NCBI GenBank assembly: GCA_036265105.1
Contig: DATAPR010000055.1
Location: 42,229 to 106,228 of the forward strand
Direction: 5' to 3'
Length of the DNA stretch: 64,000 nt
From: Sphingomicrobium sp.
Lineage (GTDB): Bacteria; Pseudomonadota; Alphaproteobacteria; Sphingomonadales; Sphingomonadaceae
Shown here: positions 26,340 through 36,970 of the stretch, in pieces
Layout: every line of letters starts with the position of its first letter
Numbering within the stretch: position 1 is the first letter of the stretch
The notes under the pieces: model-generated
Databases searched by the model: none
The model's input: only the letters and a program-made list of their open reading frames with translations
Told to the model about the DNA's origin: nothing
Translations under genes and position numbers: made by a program

Positions 26340-27977
26340 GTGAAGCACATTGCACGTTCGCTGTGGAGGAATATTGAGGGCGCGGTCGCGCCAACGGTAG
26401 CTCTTTCGCTCACCGCCCTCATCGCCGCGGGCGGCATCGCCTTCGATTACTCGCGCATGGCGACGATGGATACCGAACTGCAAACAGCGGCCGATCAGGC
26501 TGCCCTCGCAGCGGCGGCTCAGCTTGATGGTGGCACGACCGCATGCAAGCGCGCTGTCGCGGCAGCCCAAGGGATGGTCGCGAATCAGACACTGATGGCA
26601 AATGACAATCTCGGTACGTCGGTGACCGTGCCAGATCCTGGTGTCTGCAACGACGACGGGAGCATAACCTTTAGTGCGACTGCGAGCGTACGGTTTTACA
26701 AAGACGTCGACAAGACTCAGCCCGCCGACGATAGCAGCAACGCAAAATTTGTCGAAGTTCAGGTGGCCGACCGACAGGCAAATTATGCTCTGACCCCGAT
26801 CGTGGCCGCGTTCAGATCTGGTGAAATGCATGCGATTGCTTTTGCGGGTCTCAATTCTGCGATCTGCAAAGTGCCGCCTTTGATGATGTGCAATCCCAAC
26901 GAGACCAGTGATCCGGACTTCACGATCGGGAATTACGTCGGCAAAGGCATCCGTCTCGTTTCGAACGATGGCGGAGGTAGTTACGGGCCCGGCAACTTCG
27001 GATTTCTGGACGCGGGAGCGGGAAACGGCGCGTCGACACTTCGGCAACTGCTTGGAAATCTAAACGTACCAGGCAACTGTACGGCAGGTGACGGTGTCAC
27101 CACAGAGCCGGGAAATCTGATCTCGGTCCGCGACGCTCTGAACACTAGATTTGGAGTTTACGACAACGGACTTAATCAGGCCTGCGGCAGCGGCGATGGT
27201 CAGTGTCCTCCTTCTGCGAACATTCGCAAGGACCTGCTGCTCAGGGGCAACGGCGCCAATCTAAACAAGTTGGGCTTCATCACCGGCAATGGCGGCAACG
27301 GCTGGGTTGAAGCATCCAACCCGTATCCCGGGGCTACAAACATCACTGCGGGCGGCGCGTATCACAGTTTGAGCGACACGGAGATCAGCGCGATATCGCC
27401 GATGGGCTACCCGGAGGATGAGTGTCATTCATTCACATCGGGTGGCACCGGAATTTGCACCAACGGCCGCATTGGGGACGGCAATTGGGACCGTTACGCA
27501 TACTTCAAATCGAATTCACAAAACTATAGCGTTACTTCGGCGAATATCAGCACGTTCCTGACCAGCACTTTTGGGACGGCGACCCCAACACGATTCCAGG
27601 TCTACCAATATGAAATGAACAACGCCGCGACCCGCTTGAAGTCGCAAGCGAGCGGGTCGCTGAGCTCTATCTCGAATCCGGCACTTCTCACACTTGAGCC
27701 CGGTGGAATTTCTCCAAGCTCCACGCAGATCGACCGGCGCGTCCTTACTGTCGCGGTAGTCGACTGCACAGCAGAGGGAGTTAAGGGGCACAGCACGGGC
27801 GTCGGGGTGACGAAATGGGTCGACGTCTTTCTGGTACAGCCTTCGGAGGCGCGAACGACTGGTGTGCGCACCTCAAACAGCGACATCTATGTTGAGATGA
27901 TCGGCCAAACCCAGAACGCTACTGATCAGGGGGCAGTACAGCTCGTCAAGAAGAGCGTGCCGTACTTGATCCAATGA
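26340..27977 (+). CDS. tadG: TadG-like pilus tip/minor pilin protein
   Basis: 'G|AVAPTVAL', 'DYSRMATMDTELQTAADQAALAAA'; Cys/Gly/Asn-rich C-terminal domain. Confidence 0.8.
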   Translation: MKHIARSLWRNIEGAVAPTVALSLTALIAAGGIAFDYSRMATMDTELQTAADQAALAAAAQLDGGTTACKRAVAAAQGMVANQTLMANDNLGTSVTVPDPGVCNDDGSITFSATASVRFYKDVDKTQPADDSSNAKFVEVQVADRQANYALTPIVAAFRSGEMHAIAFAGLNSAICKVPPLMMCNPNETSDPDFTIGNYVGKGIRLVSNDGGGSYGPGNFGFLDAGAGNGASTLRQLLGNLNVPGNCTAGDGVTTEPGNLISVRDALNTRFGVYDNGLNQACGSGDGQCPPSANIRKDLLLRGNGANLNKLGFITGNGGNGWVEASNPYPGATNITAGGAYHSLSDTEISAISPMGYPEDECHSFTSGGTGICTNGRIGDGNWDRYAYFKSNSQNYSVTSANISTFLTSTFGTATPTRFQVYQYEMNNAATRLKSQASGSLSSISNPALLTLEPGGISPSSTQIDRRVLTVAVVDCTAEGVKGHSTGVGVTKWVDVFLVQPSEARTTGVRTSNSDIYVEMIGQTQNATDQGAVQLVKKSVPYLIQ

Positions 27978-28489
27978 TTAGTCTGCTTCCCTCCCTCGCG
28001 AGGAACCGAGGCGGTTCCGCTGCAGTCGAGTTGGCGCTCGTAATACCCTTCCTTCTCACGCTCATGCTCGGCGCCGTCGATTTGGGAAATTATTTCCTGT
28101 CCGAGCATGTCGTCGACAAGGCAGTTCGCGATTCCGCACGGTACGCAGCCCGCCTTCCCTTCGTAGATTTTGACTGTGATTCCGGAACAATGACTGATCC
28201 ATCCACCGTGCAGAAGTTGGCCCGCACTGGCGATCCGGCTGGAACCGTGGCCCGTTTAGCTGGATGGACGAGCGACGGGATGACTTCTGTGACCGTCAGC
28301 TGCGACACGGACACGTCGCACATATACGTAAACAATGGAATTTACGCAGATTTTCCAAACGGGGGCGAAGCGCCTACCGTCACAGTCTCTGCGACGGTCC
28401 CCTACAATTCTCTCTTTGGTTCCATAGGGCTCGGCCGGGTGACGCTGAACCTGTACGCCCAGAGCCAGGCCGCGGTGATCGGCTCATGA
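27974..28489 (+). CDS. tadE: TadE-like pseudopilin
   Basis: 'G|SAAVELALVIPFLL', 'AVRDSARYAA'. Confidence 0.85.
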   Translation: MISLLPSLARNRGGSAAVELALVIPFLLTLMLGAVDLGNYFLSEHVVDKAVRDSARYAARLPFVDFDCDSGTMTDPSTVQKLARTGDPAGTVARLAGWTSDGMTSVTVSCDTDTSHIYVNNGIYADFPNGGEAPTVTVSATVPYNSLFGSIGLGRVTLNLYAQSQAAVIGS

Positions 28490-29130
28490 GAGTGATGCTT
28501 TACATTCTTCTTCGAAATCAGCGGGCAGCGGTCGGCGCCGAGTTTGCGCTCGTTTTGCCGCTTCTGCTGATTCTTCTTTTCGGTGTTATCGACGGTGGCC
28601 GTTTCCTCTGGGAGTGCAACGAAGCCGAGAAAGCCACACAAATGGGCGTCCGATACGCGGTAGTGACCGATCCAGTTGCATCTGCTTTGAAGGGGCCGGC
28701 GGACGGGGGCTACAGTTTCTCTGTCAGTGACGGAATTACCCAGGGAACAGTGGTTCCGACCGCGAATTTCGACAATGCTTCTTGCAACAATAGCACATGT
28801 TCTTGCGCGCCGAGCGGCGGAGGGATTTGTGGTGCGATTGGATACGACACGACCGAGTTCAACCGCATCGCCACCCGGATGGCGGCGATGTACGCGCCTA
28901 TCCAAGCCTCCAATGTTCAGGTGGTCTACAAGAACGTAGGCCTCGGATTTGCGGGGGATCCCGACAATCCGAATGTGTCCACTCTTGTGACAGTCAAATT
29001 AACGGGACTGACTTTTCAGCCACTTACGTGTCTGGTGTTCGCTTGCTCCATTTCGATGCCCGATTTCGCGGCTTCGCTGACGCTCGAGGACGCGTCGGAC
29101 AATGGTCAGAGCCCGCCAATAGCCAATTAA
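28486..29130 (+). CDS. TadE/TadF-like pseudopilin
   Basis: 'AAVGAEFALVLPLL', 'KATQMGVRYAVV'; ATGA-coupled start at 28486. Confidence 0.82.
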   Translation: MRVMLYILLRNQRAAVGAEFALVLPLLLILLFGVIDGGRFLWECNEAEKATQMGVRYAVVTDPVASALKGPADGGYSFSVSDGITQGTVVPTANFDNASCNNSTCSCAPSGGGICGAIGYDTTEFNRIATRMAAMYAPIQASNVQVVYKNVGLGFAGDPDNPNVSTLVTVKLTGLTFQPLTCLVFACSISMPDFAASLTLEDASDNGQSPPIAN

Positions 29131-29139
29131 GGAAACATC

Positions 29140-30345
29140 TTGAGCGTCATCAATCCCAACGAAACGGCCCTCAATTGGAAGGCAAGCAAGCGCGAGCAGG
29201 CAGTCCACCTGTACCTAAGCGGCGCCGACGGGGACGCGGCTGAGCTCGCCGCAGCTCGGGTCGCCGGCTTGCCGATCTATCTCAACGTCATTCCGACCTC
29301 CGACTGGATCAATCCAGAGGAACTGAGCGGCGCGGCGGCAGCCGTAATTCAGGTGGATTCCGATAGCGCTGCCTCGATCAAACGTTTCCAGAAGCTCGCA
29401 AGCGCAGTGGAGACGCCGCTGATAGCCGCCTCCTACGAGCCGCCCCTGGCACTCGTTCGATCGCTCATTCGAGCGGGAGCGCATGACGTAGTCCCGCTTC
29501 CGCTGAACTTCGAGGATGTCGAAACATCTCTTGGCCCGCTGATCGAGGACCTTAAACGCCGCCGGTCGGAAGCGGGCATCGCCAGGAATGCAAAGCTCGT
29601 CAGCTTCATCAAAGGCGACGGCGGAGTCGGGGCGACCGCGATCATGTCCCAGCTCGCCATTCGATTCGCGGAGCGCGAGGCTGCGCACAGGCGGGAAACC
29701 TGTCTAATCGATCTCGACGTGCAGTTCGGCGATGTGGCATTCCAGCTCGGATTGCAGCCGAAGCTCTCACTGATCGAGCTGCTGGATGCTGGTGCTCGCC
29801 TCGACGGAGATCTCGTTCGTGCTACCACAACGGACCATGCAAGCGGGCTCAAGGTCATCGCCTCGCCGCCTGAGATGATGCCACTGGAGGGAATCCAAGG
29901 GGACCACGTACTGCGGGTAGTGGACCAGGCGACGCGGGAATTCGGGACGGTGTTTGTCGATCTTCCGAGCAACTGGACGAACTGGTCTCTTTCTCTCGTG
30001 GCGCGGTCGGACCTCGTCATCCTCGTGACGGAGCTGACCGTCACAGGTCTCAATCGCGCTCGCCGCCAGCTGAGCCTTCTGGATTCGCAGGACCTAGGCA
30101 ATCTTGATGTCCGAGTAGTGGTAAATCGGTTTGAGAAGAGCCTCGCGCGGACGATCAGTTTAGCTGACGCTAGTCAGGCGCTCGGTCGCGAGGTCGGATA
30201 TACTATCGCCAACGATTACCAGTTGATGTGTGCCGCGATCGACCGTGGAGTGCCGATCAGGGAGGTCAAGCGCAAGACGGCCGTCGCTAGGGACCTTGAT
30301 ACTCTGGATGCCGGGATAGCCGCGACGCTCGGATTGGGACGGTGA
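29140..30345 (+). CDS. cpaE: CpaE/TadZ MinD-like localisation ATPase
   Basis: Degenerate receiver domain; deviant Walker A 'KGDGGVGAT'; 'LIDLDVQFGD'. Confidence 0.9.
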   Translation: MSVINPNETALNWKASKREQAVHLYLSGADGDAAELAAARVAGLPIYLNVIPTSDWINPEELSGAAAAVIQVDSDSAASIKRFQKLASAVETPLIAASYEPPLALVRSLIRAGAHDVVPLPLNFEDVETSLGPLIEDLKRRRSEAGIARNAKLVSFIKGDGGVGATAIMSQLAIRFAEREAAHRRETCLIDLDVQFGDVAFQLGLQPKLSLIELLDAGARLDGDLVRATTTDHASGLKVIASPPEMMPLEGIQGDHVLRVVDQATREFGTVFVDLPSNWTNWSLSLVARSDLVILVTELTVTGLNRARRQLSLLDSQDLGNLDVRVVVNRFEKSLARTISLADASQALGREVGYTIANDYQLMCAAIDRGVPIREVKRKTAVARDLDTLDAGIAATLGLGR

Positions 30346-31739
30346 GTATGTGGCAGATCCGTAAGCCGACCCGGACCGCCGCAGACGGCGATGAGGCGGC
30401 CCATCGCGCTTCCGAAGAGCACAGGCTCGTAACAGTCGGGGATGCGGGCGCGTTCGGGCACCGAGACAAGCATACTGAGCTCAAAGTCGAGCTGCACCAG
30501 CGGCTCATCGATCTGATCAACCTGCCGGCGCTTGAAAAAATGTCGCGTCAGCAGATCGAGGCGGAAGTCGGTGACATCGTTGCCGAGGAACTCGCCAAAC
30601 AGAATGAGGCTCTGAATCAGTCCGAGCGCAAGCAGCTTGTGGGCGATGTGCTTGACGAGCTTCTCGGCCTCGGCCCACTTGAGCCGCTGCTCAAAGACCC
30701 GACGATTACCGACATCCTCGTCAATGGGCACGATCATGTTTTCGTCGAGCGCTATGGTGTGCTTGAGCCGAGCGGCTCCCGGTTCAAAGATGAAAAGCAC
30801 CTTGTCCGGATTATCCAGAAGATTGTCTCGGCTGTTGGCCGCCGGATCGATGAATCCTCGCCGATGGTCGATGCTCGCCTGGCCGATGGAAGCCGCGTCA
30901 ATGCTGTCGTTCCTCCGCTCGCACTCGACGGCTCCCTCCTCTCAATCCGCAAATTCGCGCGCGTCCCGATCAGCATGGATCGTCTCGTCGAGATTGGCAG
31001 CGTTCCGCTCCAAGTCGCCGAGGTCTTGAAAGCGATCGTCGGCTCAAGGCGGAATGTCCTGATTTCAGGCGGCACTGGATCGGGCAAAACAACTCTTCTG
31101 AATGCCATGTCGGCGTTCATCGATGCCCGCGAACGGATCGTCACTATCGAGGACTCCGCGGAGCTCCAATTGCAACAGGAGCATGTGGTCAGGTTGGAAA
31201 CCCGGCCCGCCAACATCGAGGGCAAGGGCGAAATCGCACAGCGTGACCTAGTCAAGAACGCGCTGCGGATGCGCCCTGACAGGATTATCGTCGGGGAAGT
31301 CCGTGCCGGAGAAGCCTTCGACATGCTGCAGGCAATGAACACGGGCCATGAAGGGTCGATGACTACAGTGCACGCGAACACTCCGCGCGACGCACTGTCC
31401 CGCGTAGAGCAGATGATAGGCATGAGCGGCATCGACATTCCGCCTCGCTCCTCGCGCGCACAAATTTCATCTGCGCTCAACGTCGTCGTGCAGGTCGCGA
31501 GGCTGGCCGATGGGCGGCGCAAGGTCATCAGCGTCTCTGAGCTGACCGGCATGGAGGGAGAGGTCATCACGATGCAGGAAATCTTCCGCTTCCGGCAGAG
31601 CGGCGTCAGCAGTGAGGGGATCGTTCAGGGTCGCTTCGAAGCAACGGGCATTCGGCCGCGCTTTCTCGAACAGGTGATGTCGCACGGAATGACATTGTCG
31701 GCGGATCTGTTTCGGCCGGATACGAAGTTCGACGCATGA
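30342..31739 (+). CDS. cpaF: CpaF/TadA pilus assembly ATPase
   Basis: 'GGTGSGKTT', 'TIEDSAEL', 'ALRMRPDRIIVGEVR', 'NTGHEGS'. Confidence 0.95.
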   Translation: MSMWQIRKPTRTAADGDEAAHRASEEHRLVTVGDAGAFGHRDKHTELKVELHQRLIDLINLPALEKMSRQQIEAEVGDIVAEELAKQNEALNQSERKQLVGDVLDELLGLGPLEPLLKDPTITDILVNGHDHVFVERYGVLEPSGSRFKDEKHLVRIIQKIVSAVGRRIDESSPMVDARLADGSRVNAVVPPLALDGSLLSIRKFARVPISMDRLVEIGSVPLQVAEVLKAIVGSRRNVLISGGTGSGKTTLLNAMSAFIDARERIVTIEDSAELQLQQEHVVRLETRPANIEGKGEIAQRDLVKNALRMRPDRIIVGEVRAGEAFDMLQAMNTGHEGSMTTVHANTPRDALSRVEQMIGMSGIDIPPRSSRAQISSALNVVVQVARLADGRRKVISVSELTGMEGEVITMQEIFRFRQSGVSSEGIVQGRFEATGIRPRFLEQVMSHGMTLSADLFRPDTKFDA

Positions 31740-32740
31740 GTCCGACCTGGATCCGGACGTTCATCCTCGTCCTTATCTTTGCTGCTGCAGCTCTCGCCGG
31801 GGAGAGCTTACTCCGCGCCTACGCCACCGCGCGGGCGGAGGGGCGCGCGATCAACTTACGCCTGACGCTCATCGGCCGCGGCCGGACTCACGGCGAAGCA
31901 ATGAACATTCTTCGACGCGCCAATACGTCGATACCAAAGGGTCTTCCCCCCTTCCTGAACGATATCGCTCAGCGATTCGAGCGCATGCTGATGCAGGCTC
32001 AGCTGATCATCCCGACGGGACGGCTAATGCTCTTCATTTTGATTGCGCCCTTCGCAATATTCTTCGGGTTGCTTCTCCTGATGTCGGCCTGGTGGGGGAT
32101 GGGCGCGAGCATCGGACGGATTGTTATTAGCGCTGCGTTCGCGCTGCTACTTGGAGCGATCCTCCCGCTCATGGCGATAAACTTCAAGGCCAGCCGGACT
32201 CGCAAGCGGATGGAGGAACAATTCCCGGTTGCGCTTGACGTCTTCGTTCGAGGTCTGCGCGCAGGACACCCGATTGCTGCGGCGCTTGAGTTGCTGACGA
32301 TTGAAATGCCTGATCCTATCGGTTCGCAATTCGGACTTGCGGTCGACGAGGTCACCTACGGCGCCGAGCTTCGCGACGCGCTTCAAAACATGGCCGAACG
32401 ATGGGATCTCGACGACATGCGTATGTTTGTCGTTTCCCTGTCGGTGCAGAACGAGACCGGCGGCAATCTCGCCGAGATTCTTGAGAATCTCTCGAAGGTC
32501 GTGCGCGATCGTCATGCGATGATGCTGAAAGTGCGAGCACTTTCGAGTGAGGGGCGTATGACAGCGGTGATGCTGACCGCTCTGCCAATCTTGTCCTTCA
32601 CGGCGCTATTCATGGTGAACGCCCGGTTCTTCCTGGACGTCGCTGACGATCCAATGTTTGTGCCGGGTTTTGCAATATTGATTACTCTTTATGTCATCGG
32701 ATTCGTATGGATCCGGAAGCTGGTCGATTTGAAAGTATGA
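31736..32740 (+). CDS. tadB: TadB inner-membrane platform protein
   Basis: 'EQFPVALD...LRAGHP', 'ETGGNLAEIL', 'ALSSEGR'. Confidence 0.92.
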   Translation: MSPTWIRTFILVLIFAAAALAGESLLRAYATARAEGRAINLRLTLIGRGRTHGEAMNILRRANTSIPKGLPPFLNDIAQRFERMLMQAQLIIPTGRLMLFILIAPFAIFFGLLLLMSAWWGMGASIGRIVISAAFALLLGAILPLMAINFKASRTRKRMEEQFPVALDVFVRGLRAGHPIAAALELLTIEMPDPIGSQFGLAVDEVTYGAELRDALQNMAERWDLDDMRMFVVSLSVQNETGGNLAEILENLSKVVRDRHAMMLKVRALSSEGRMTAVMLTALPILSFTALFMVNARFFLDVADDPMFVPGFAILITLYVIGFVWIRKLVDLKV

Positions 32741-32743
32741 TCA

Positions 32744-33721
32744 ATGGTTGAACTTGTTGCCGAAAATCCTCTTCTCAGGCTGTTGCTGTTGCTTCTCCTG
32801 TTCACGTTTGTCGCCATCGCGGTCTATTTGATCACTCAAACCTTCTCAGCGAAGCAGCTCGCCAGAGAGAGGCTTCTCGAGCCAGTGAGCATGGGGCCTG
32901 GAACGCCAGCGCTAGGATCCCTGCGCGCCGAACGGACAGAGAGCGCGTGGCTGAGACTCGTCAACACCATAGAGAGCCGCGGCCTCAGTCTCGTCGATAC
33001 GAAGGATGTGGCCCTTCGCCAAAAGCTGATCGCTGCCGGTTATCCCGCACCGTATGCTCCCCGGCTCTACACGCTCGTCCGTCTCGTGTCGGTTGTCTTA
33101 CTTCCGATCATGGTCCTGATTTTCTTTTGGCTTACGGCTTCGAGCCCGGGCACGATCAAGCTCTATTTTTCCTTGATCATCGCGGCCGCGATGGGGCTTT
33201 ACCTCCCGTCGTTATTCATTCGCGCCAAGGCGGATCGCCGGCAGCGTGAGCTTATCAACGCCTTCCCTGACGCGCTGGACCTGATGTTGGTCTGCGTAGA
33301 AGCTGGGCTCAGCCTTGAAGCTGCATTCTCCCGCGTCGGCATGGAAATGACCACCTCGCATCCCTTGCTCGCCGAGCAATTTGGCGCAGTCGTTCTCGAA
33401 CTCCGGGCCGGTCGCAGCATCGAGGATGCACTTCGCCGGCTGGCCGACCGGGCCGGCGCCGATGACATCCGGGCATTCGCGACATTGCTTATCCAGTCGA
33501 CCAAGCTCGGATCATCCATTTCTCAGACGCTACGCACCTATGCTGCCGAGATGCGTGAAAAGCGCAGAATGAGAGCCGAAGAGAAAGCCCATCGCCTGCC
33601 CGTGCTCATTTCGATTCCGCTGGTTGCCTGCATGCTTCCAACGATGATTGGCGTTCTCATGCTTCCCGCGGCGATCCGGGTCATACGGGGGGTAATTCCG
33701 GCACTTCACGGGGGAGGATAG
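32744..33721 (+). CDS. tadC: TadC inner-membrane platform protein
   Basis: 'FPDALDLMLVCVEAGLSLE', 'AEEKA', 'IPL...LP'. Confidence 0.92.
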   Translation: MVELVAENPLLRLLLLLLLFTFVAIAVYLITQTFSAKQLARERLLEPVSMGPGTPALGSLRAERTESAWLRLVNTIESRGLSLVDTKDVALRQKLIAAGYPAPYAPRLYTLVRLVSVVLLPIMVLIFFWLTASSPGTIKLYFSLIIAAAMGLYLPSLFIRAKADRRQRELINAFPDALDLMLVCVEAGLSLEAAFSRVGMEMTTSHPLLAEQFGAVVLELRAGRSIEDALRRLADRAGADDIRAFATLLIQSTKLGSSISQTLRTYAAEMREKRRMRAEEKAHRLPVLISIPLVACMLPTMIGVLMLPAAIRVIRGVIPALHGGG

Positions 33722-33722
33722 A

Positions 33723-35285
33723 ATGAACGGGGGGGGCAAAACGTCGCTTCTATTTTCCTGCGTTGCGCTTGCCAGCTGTGCAACCGCGACGAAGGAAGTG
33801 AAGTTTACTGCGATCCCCGATCCTTCGGCGGTTCTATCGCAAGGCGGCGACGAGATCGCGGTCGCAAGAGGTCAAATGGTGCTCGGCAACGTCGGCCTTG
33901 CGCTCGAGGGCTTCCGGAAGGCCCAGCGCGCAAATCCTTCCAATCCGGCTGCGCTCGCGGGAATTGGAGATTGCTACACCGTGATGGGCCGCTTCGATCT
34001 CGCTCAGTCGAATTATGAAGCCGCATTGGCACTGGCGCCGCACAATCAGCGGCTTCTCCTTGGTCTAGCAACAATCTTCGACCGAGAGGGGAAACCAGAA
34101 CTCGCAATGGCTGCCCGGGCAGAAGCAGCAATTGTCCCGCGAACTATAGCTCAATCGCCAAGTGCCGTTGCTGCATCAGCCCCAACGCAAAAAGTGGCCA
34201 TTGCCTCAGCAAGAGAGCCGGCCACTGCACTGACCGCTCGGGCGACGGGTTCGGTCCCAGTGCCGGCCGAAAAGATCGTCGAGATTCCACGTCCTTCCAT
34301 TGGGAGTGTGACGGTTGAGCTGCCGCGCGCACGGCCTGTCGAGCATGTCCAGGCGCAATCGGCCACGCTAGCGCCGACGGAGATTCGTATTGCGCAGCCG
34401 ACCGCGGCAGTTCTGGCCGCAGTCCCAGTGCCCACTTCCGAGCAAACCGCACACGCACGAGTTGTGCAGGCCGAGATTCCGCGGCCTTCCATCGGCAGCG
34501 TTACGGTTGAATTGCCGCCGGCGCGACCTGTTCAGCAGGTCCAGGCACTCGCATTTGCGCCGCCGACAATTGAGATCGAAGCTCCGATCACACTGGCGGC
34601 CATTCAATCGCCCTTGCCGGCTGCACCGGCGCGCCCGGAACAAACAGCCGATATTCCGCGCCCGTCCCTCAAGAGCGCCATGCTTGACGTGCCAGTGCCG
34701 CGACGTGCCGAGCGCGTCGAGGCCAACGCGGCCTCATTGGCAGCGACGAAGATTGAGGCCGTACCTGCGGAGGCCGAAGCCAATCCTTCCAATACGGCTC
34801 CTCGTCCTGCATTGCCTCGAAAGCCGATGCCCAGCGAGAATGGCCTTGTTGCCATGGCGCTCGCGCCGGCGCCCCGCCTAGAGCGGCTTACATCGGGCGA
34901 AGTCGCGCTCGTCACGACGGACAAGCCGCTTTGGCGCTCATCAACCAGCATTCAGACTGCATCTGCACCCACTGTCCGGTGGGTTGCACTCGCGTCGCCG
35001 TCGGATCGCCCGAACGTCCAGATCCTCAACGCTGCGCGCAGCCAGGGGCTCGCGGCGTCGGCTCGGACTGTTCTTCTTGATCGCGGATGGCGCAGGATCG
35101 CCGTCGGCGACGCCCCGGCAATGCTTCACAAGAGCGTGGTCCTCTATCCCAAGAGCCGAGCGGCACTGGGCCACCGGCTTGCAGCGCAATTCGGGGTAGG
35201 CGCTCAGCTGGCGGAGCGGAACAACGTGGTGCTTGTCCTTGGGCGTGATTCTGTTGACAGGATTAGCGGTCGGCGAGGGTCATGA
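33723..35285 (+). CDS. Lipoprotein with N-terminal TPRs, Pro/Ala-rich repeats and C-terminal LytR_C-like domain
   Basis: 'LASC' lipobox; TPR helices; 'VQILNAARSQGLAA...L...GW...GDA...SVVLYP' tail. Confidence 0.75.
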   Translation: MNGGGKTSLLFSCVALASCATATKEVKFTAIPDPSAVLSQGGDEIAVARGQMVLGNVGLALEGFRKAQRANPSNPAALAGIGDCYTVMGRFDLAQSNYEAALALAPHNQRLLLGLATIFDREGKPELAMAARAEAAIVPRTIAQSPSAVAASAPTQKVAIASAREPATALTARATGSVPVPAEKIVEIPRPSIGSVTVELPRARPVEHVQAQSATLAPTEIRIAQPTAAVLAAVPVPTSEQTAHARVVQAEIPRPSIGSVTVELPPARPVQQVQALAFAPPTIEIEAPITLAAIQSPLPAAPARPEQTADIPRPSLKSAMLDVPVPRRAERVEANAASLAATKIEAVPAEAEANPSNTAPRPALPRKPMPSENGLVAMALAPAPRLERLTSGEVALVTTDKPLWRSSTSIQTASAPTVRWVALASPSDRPNVQILNAARSQGLAASARTVLLDRGWRRIAVGDAPAMLHKSVVLYPKSRAALGHRLAAQFGVGAQLAERNNVVLVLGRDSVDRISGRRGS

Positions 35286-36106
35286 TCCTCATCCTTTTGG
35301 CCGCAGCGAGCGTTGCAGCGCAGAAGCCCCCAGCGACACCGCCGCCAACCGCACCTCCTGATCCATCTATTCTCAACGATGCTTCCCAGGCGATCGATTC
35401 CGGGAGGATCGAGGAGGCGACGATCCTCATCGCTCGGGCGATCTCGGAAGGGTTTCGGGGAGCTCCGATCGAGCGACTGACGGCGAATGTCTCGTTCGCG
35501 TCCGGCAAGTATCTGGAGGCGTTCGTCGCCTACCAACATCTCGCGAAATCTTCCGACAAGCAGATCGGCGACTGCGAGAAGGGTGCCATTGCAGCGCTGC
35601 AGCTCGGCAGGGTTGATGATGCACGGCCACTCGTCGAGTGCGCAGTCGCAAACGACCGTCCCTCGTGGCGAGCGTGGAATGCGCGCGGTGTTCTTGCCGA
35701 TTTCACGAACGACTGGAAAGGCGCGGACGAAGCCTATGCTCGCGCCCATGAGCTCGCTCCAAAGGAAGCCCGCATCATCAACAACCAGGGCTGGTCGAAG
35801 CTTCTACGCGGCGACTGGGCTGCAGCTGTTCCCTTCTTCGAAGAAGCCACGTCTCTCGACCCTAAGTCGGAGCGCATCGCCAACAATCTCGAGCTCGCTA
35901 AGGAAGCGCTCGCAGCCGATCTTCCTCAACGGGGGGCTGGCGAAAGCGATCATGACTGGGCGGTTCGCCTCAATGATGCCGGCGTCGCCGCGGAGCTGCT
36001 GGGCGACAAGCAGCGCGCGATCGCGGCATTCTCTCAGGCTCTCGACGCAAGTCCGGCGTGGTACGACCGAGCTTCGAACAACCTCAAAGCGGTGAGCCAG
36101 AATTGA
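35282..36106 (+). CDS. TadD/CpaO-like TPR protein
   Basis: 'AWNARGVLAD', 'NNQGWSKLLRG', 'NNLELA'. Confidence 0.8.
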   Translation: MILILLAAASVAAQKPPATPPPTAPPDPSILNDASQAIDSGRIEEATILIARAISEGFRGAPIERLTANVSFASGKYLEAFVAYQHLAKSSDKQIGDCEKGAIAALQLGRVDDARPLVECAVANDRPSWRAWNARGVLADFTNDWKGADEAYARAHELAPKEARIINNQGWSKLLRGDWAAAVPFFEEATSLDPKSERIANNLELAKEALAADLPQRGAGESDHDWAVRLNDAGVAAELLGDKQRAIAAFSQALDASPAWYDRASNNLKAVSQN

Positions 36107-36627
36107 ACCTGATCTCCGCTGCTCCGCTATGGCTGATTGTCATCCTTTGCGTAGCGATGCTTGCTGCTGCACTCGAAGACGCAGCGCGTTTCCGCATCTC
36201 CAACATCACGAGCCTGGTTGTCCTGGCCGGGGCCATTGCGGCCGCTGTGATTGAAGGCCCTTCATTCGCGCTCTGGCAAAATGTCGTCGCTCTTATCGTG
36301 ATCCTCGTGGCTGGGACGGCCGCCTTCTCGGGGGGCTGGCTCGGAGGAGGGGACGTCAAGCTCTTTGCGGCTGCGGGCCTTTGGTTCGACCTTAAGTCGG
36401 CGGTCTGGTTCGTTGCGTTGACCTTCTTCGCTGGGGGCATCGTGGCCCTTGGATATCTCGCCAGCCGCCCGTTCCGAAAACGCTCTCAGAGCATGAAGAA
36501 TACAAGGGTTCCCTACGGGATCGCGATCGCCCTTGGAGCCCTAAGCATGGTCCTCATCGAGGGGGGAGCCTTCGCTCACCACGAGCGGCCACTGCCAGCA
36601 ATCAGGATCAATCCCAGCCGCGGCTAG
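36103..36627 (+). CDS. cpaA: A24 prepilin peptidase CpaA/TadV
   Basis: 'ED...RISN', 'GGGDVKL', 'VPYGIAIALG'; TTG start overlaps the previous stop. Confidence 0.9.
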   Translation: MNLISAAPLWLIVILCVAMLAAALEDAARFRISNITSLVVLAGAIAAAVIEGPSFALWQNVVALIVILVAGTAAFSGGWLGGGDVKLFAAAGLWFDLKSAVWFVALTFFAGGIVALGYLASRPFRKRSQSMKNTRVPYGIAIALGALSMVLIEGGAFAHHERPLPAIRINPSRG

Positions 36628-36656
36628 CGACTCGGAAGCGACCTTTCCGAGTCGCT
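36626..36656 (+). terminator. Hairpin at the end of the tad operon
   Basis: AGCGACTCGGAA/TTCCGAGTCGCT perfect 12-bp stem. Confidence 0.6.
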
Positions 36657-36782
36657 GCGCCGAGGTTCGCTACAAGGGCCGCGATTCCCATTGTGGCACA
36701 GCCGCCAAGGCAATTTTTTCTACTTTCCCGGGGTGTGTTTGGGGTCTTCCAACGCGCGACCAGAATCGGCGTAACGACAGTG

Positions 36783-36970
36783 TTAAACATAATGTAAATG
36801 GTTAACGACAACAAAAACGGAGGGACGTTTGGCGTAACACGATGGTCTATCTTTACTCAACTGACGAAGAATTAGGGAAGTATTGCAGGTCATTCTGCAG
36901 TGAAAATCATTATATGTTAGAAAGAGGACAATCGTTTTTGTACGAAGATGATACTTTAGTTAACGTTTAA
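36783..36970 (+). promoter_or_regulatory. AT-rich upstream region of the adhesin with CtrA-like boxes
   Basis: TTAA-N7-GTAA (36783) and TTAG-N7-TTAA (36956). Confidence 0.35.
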
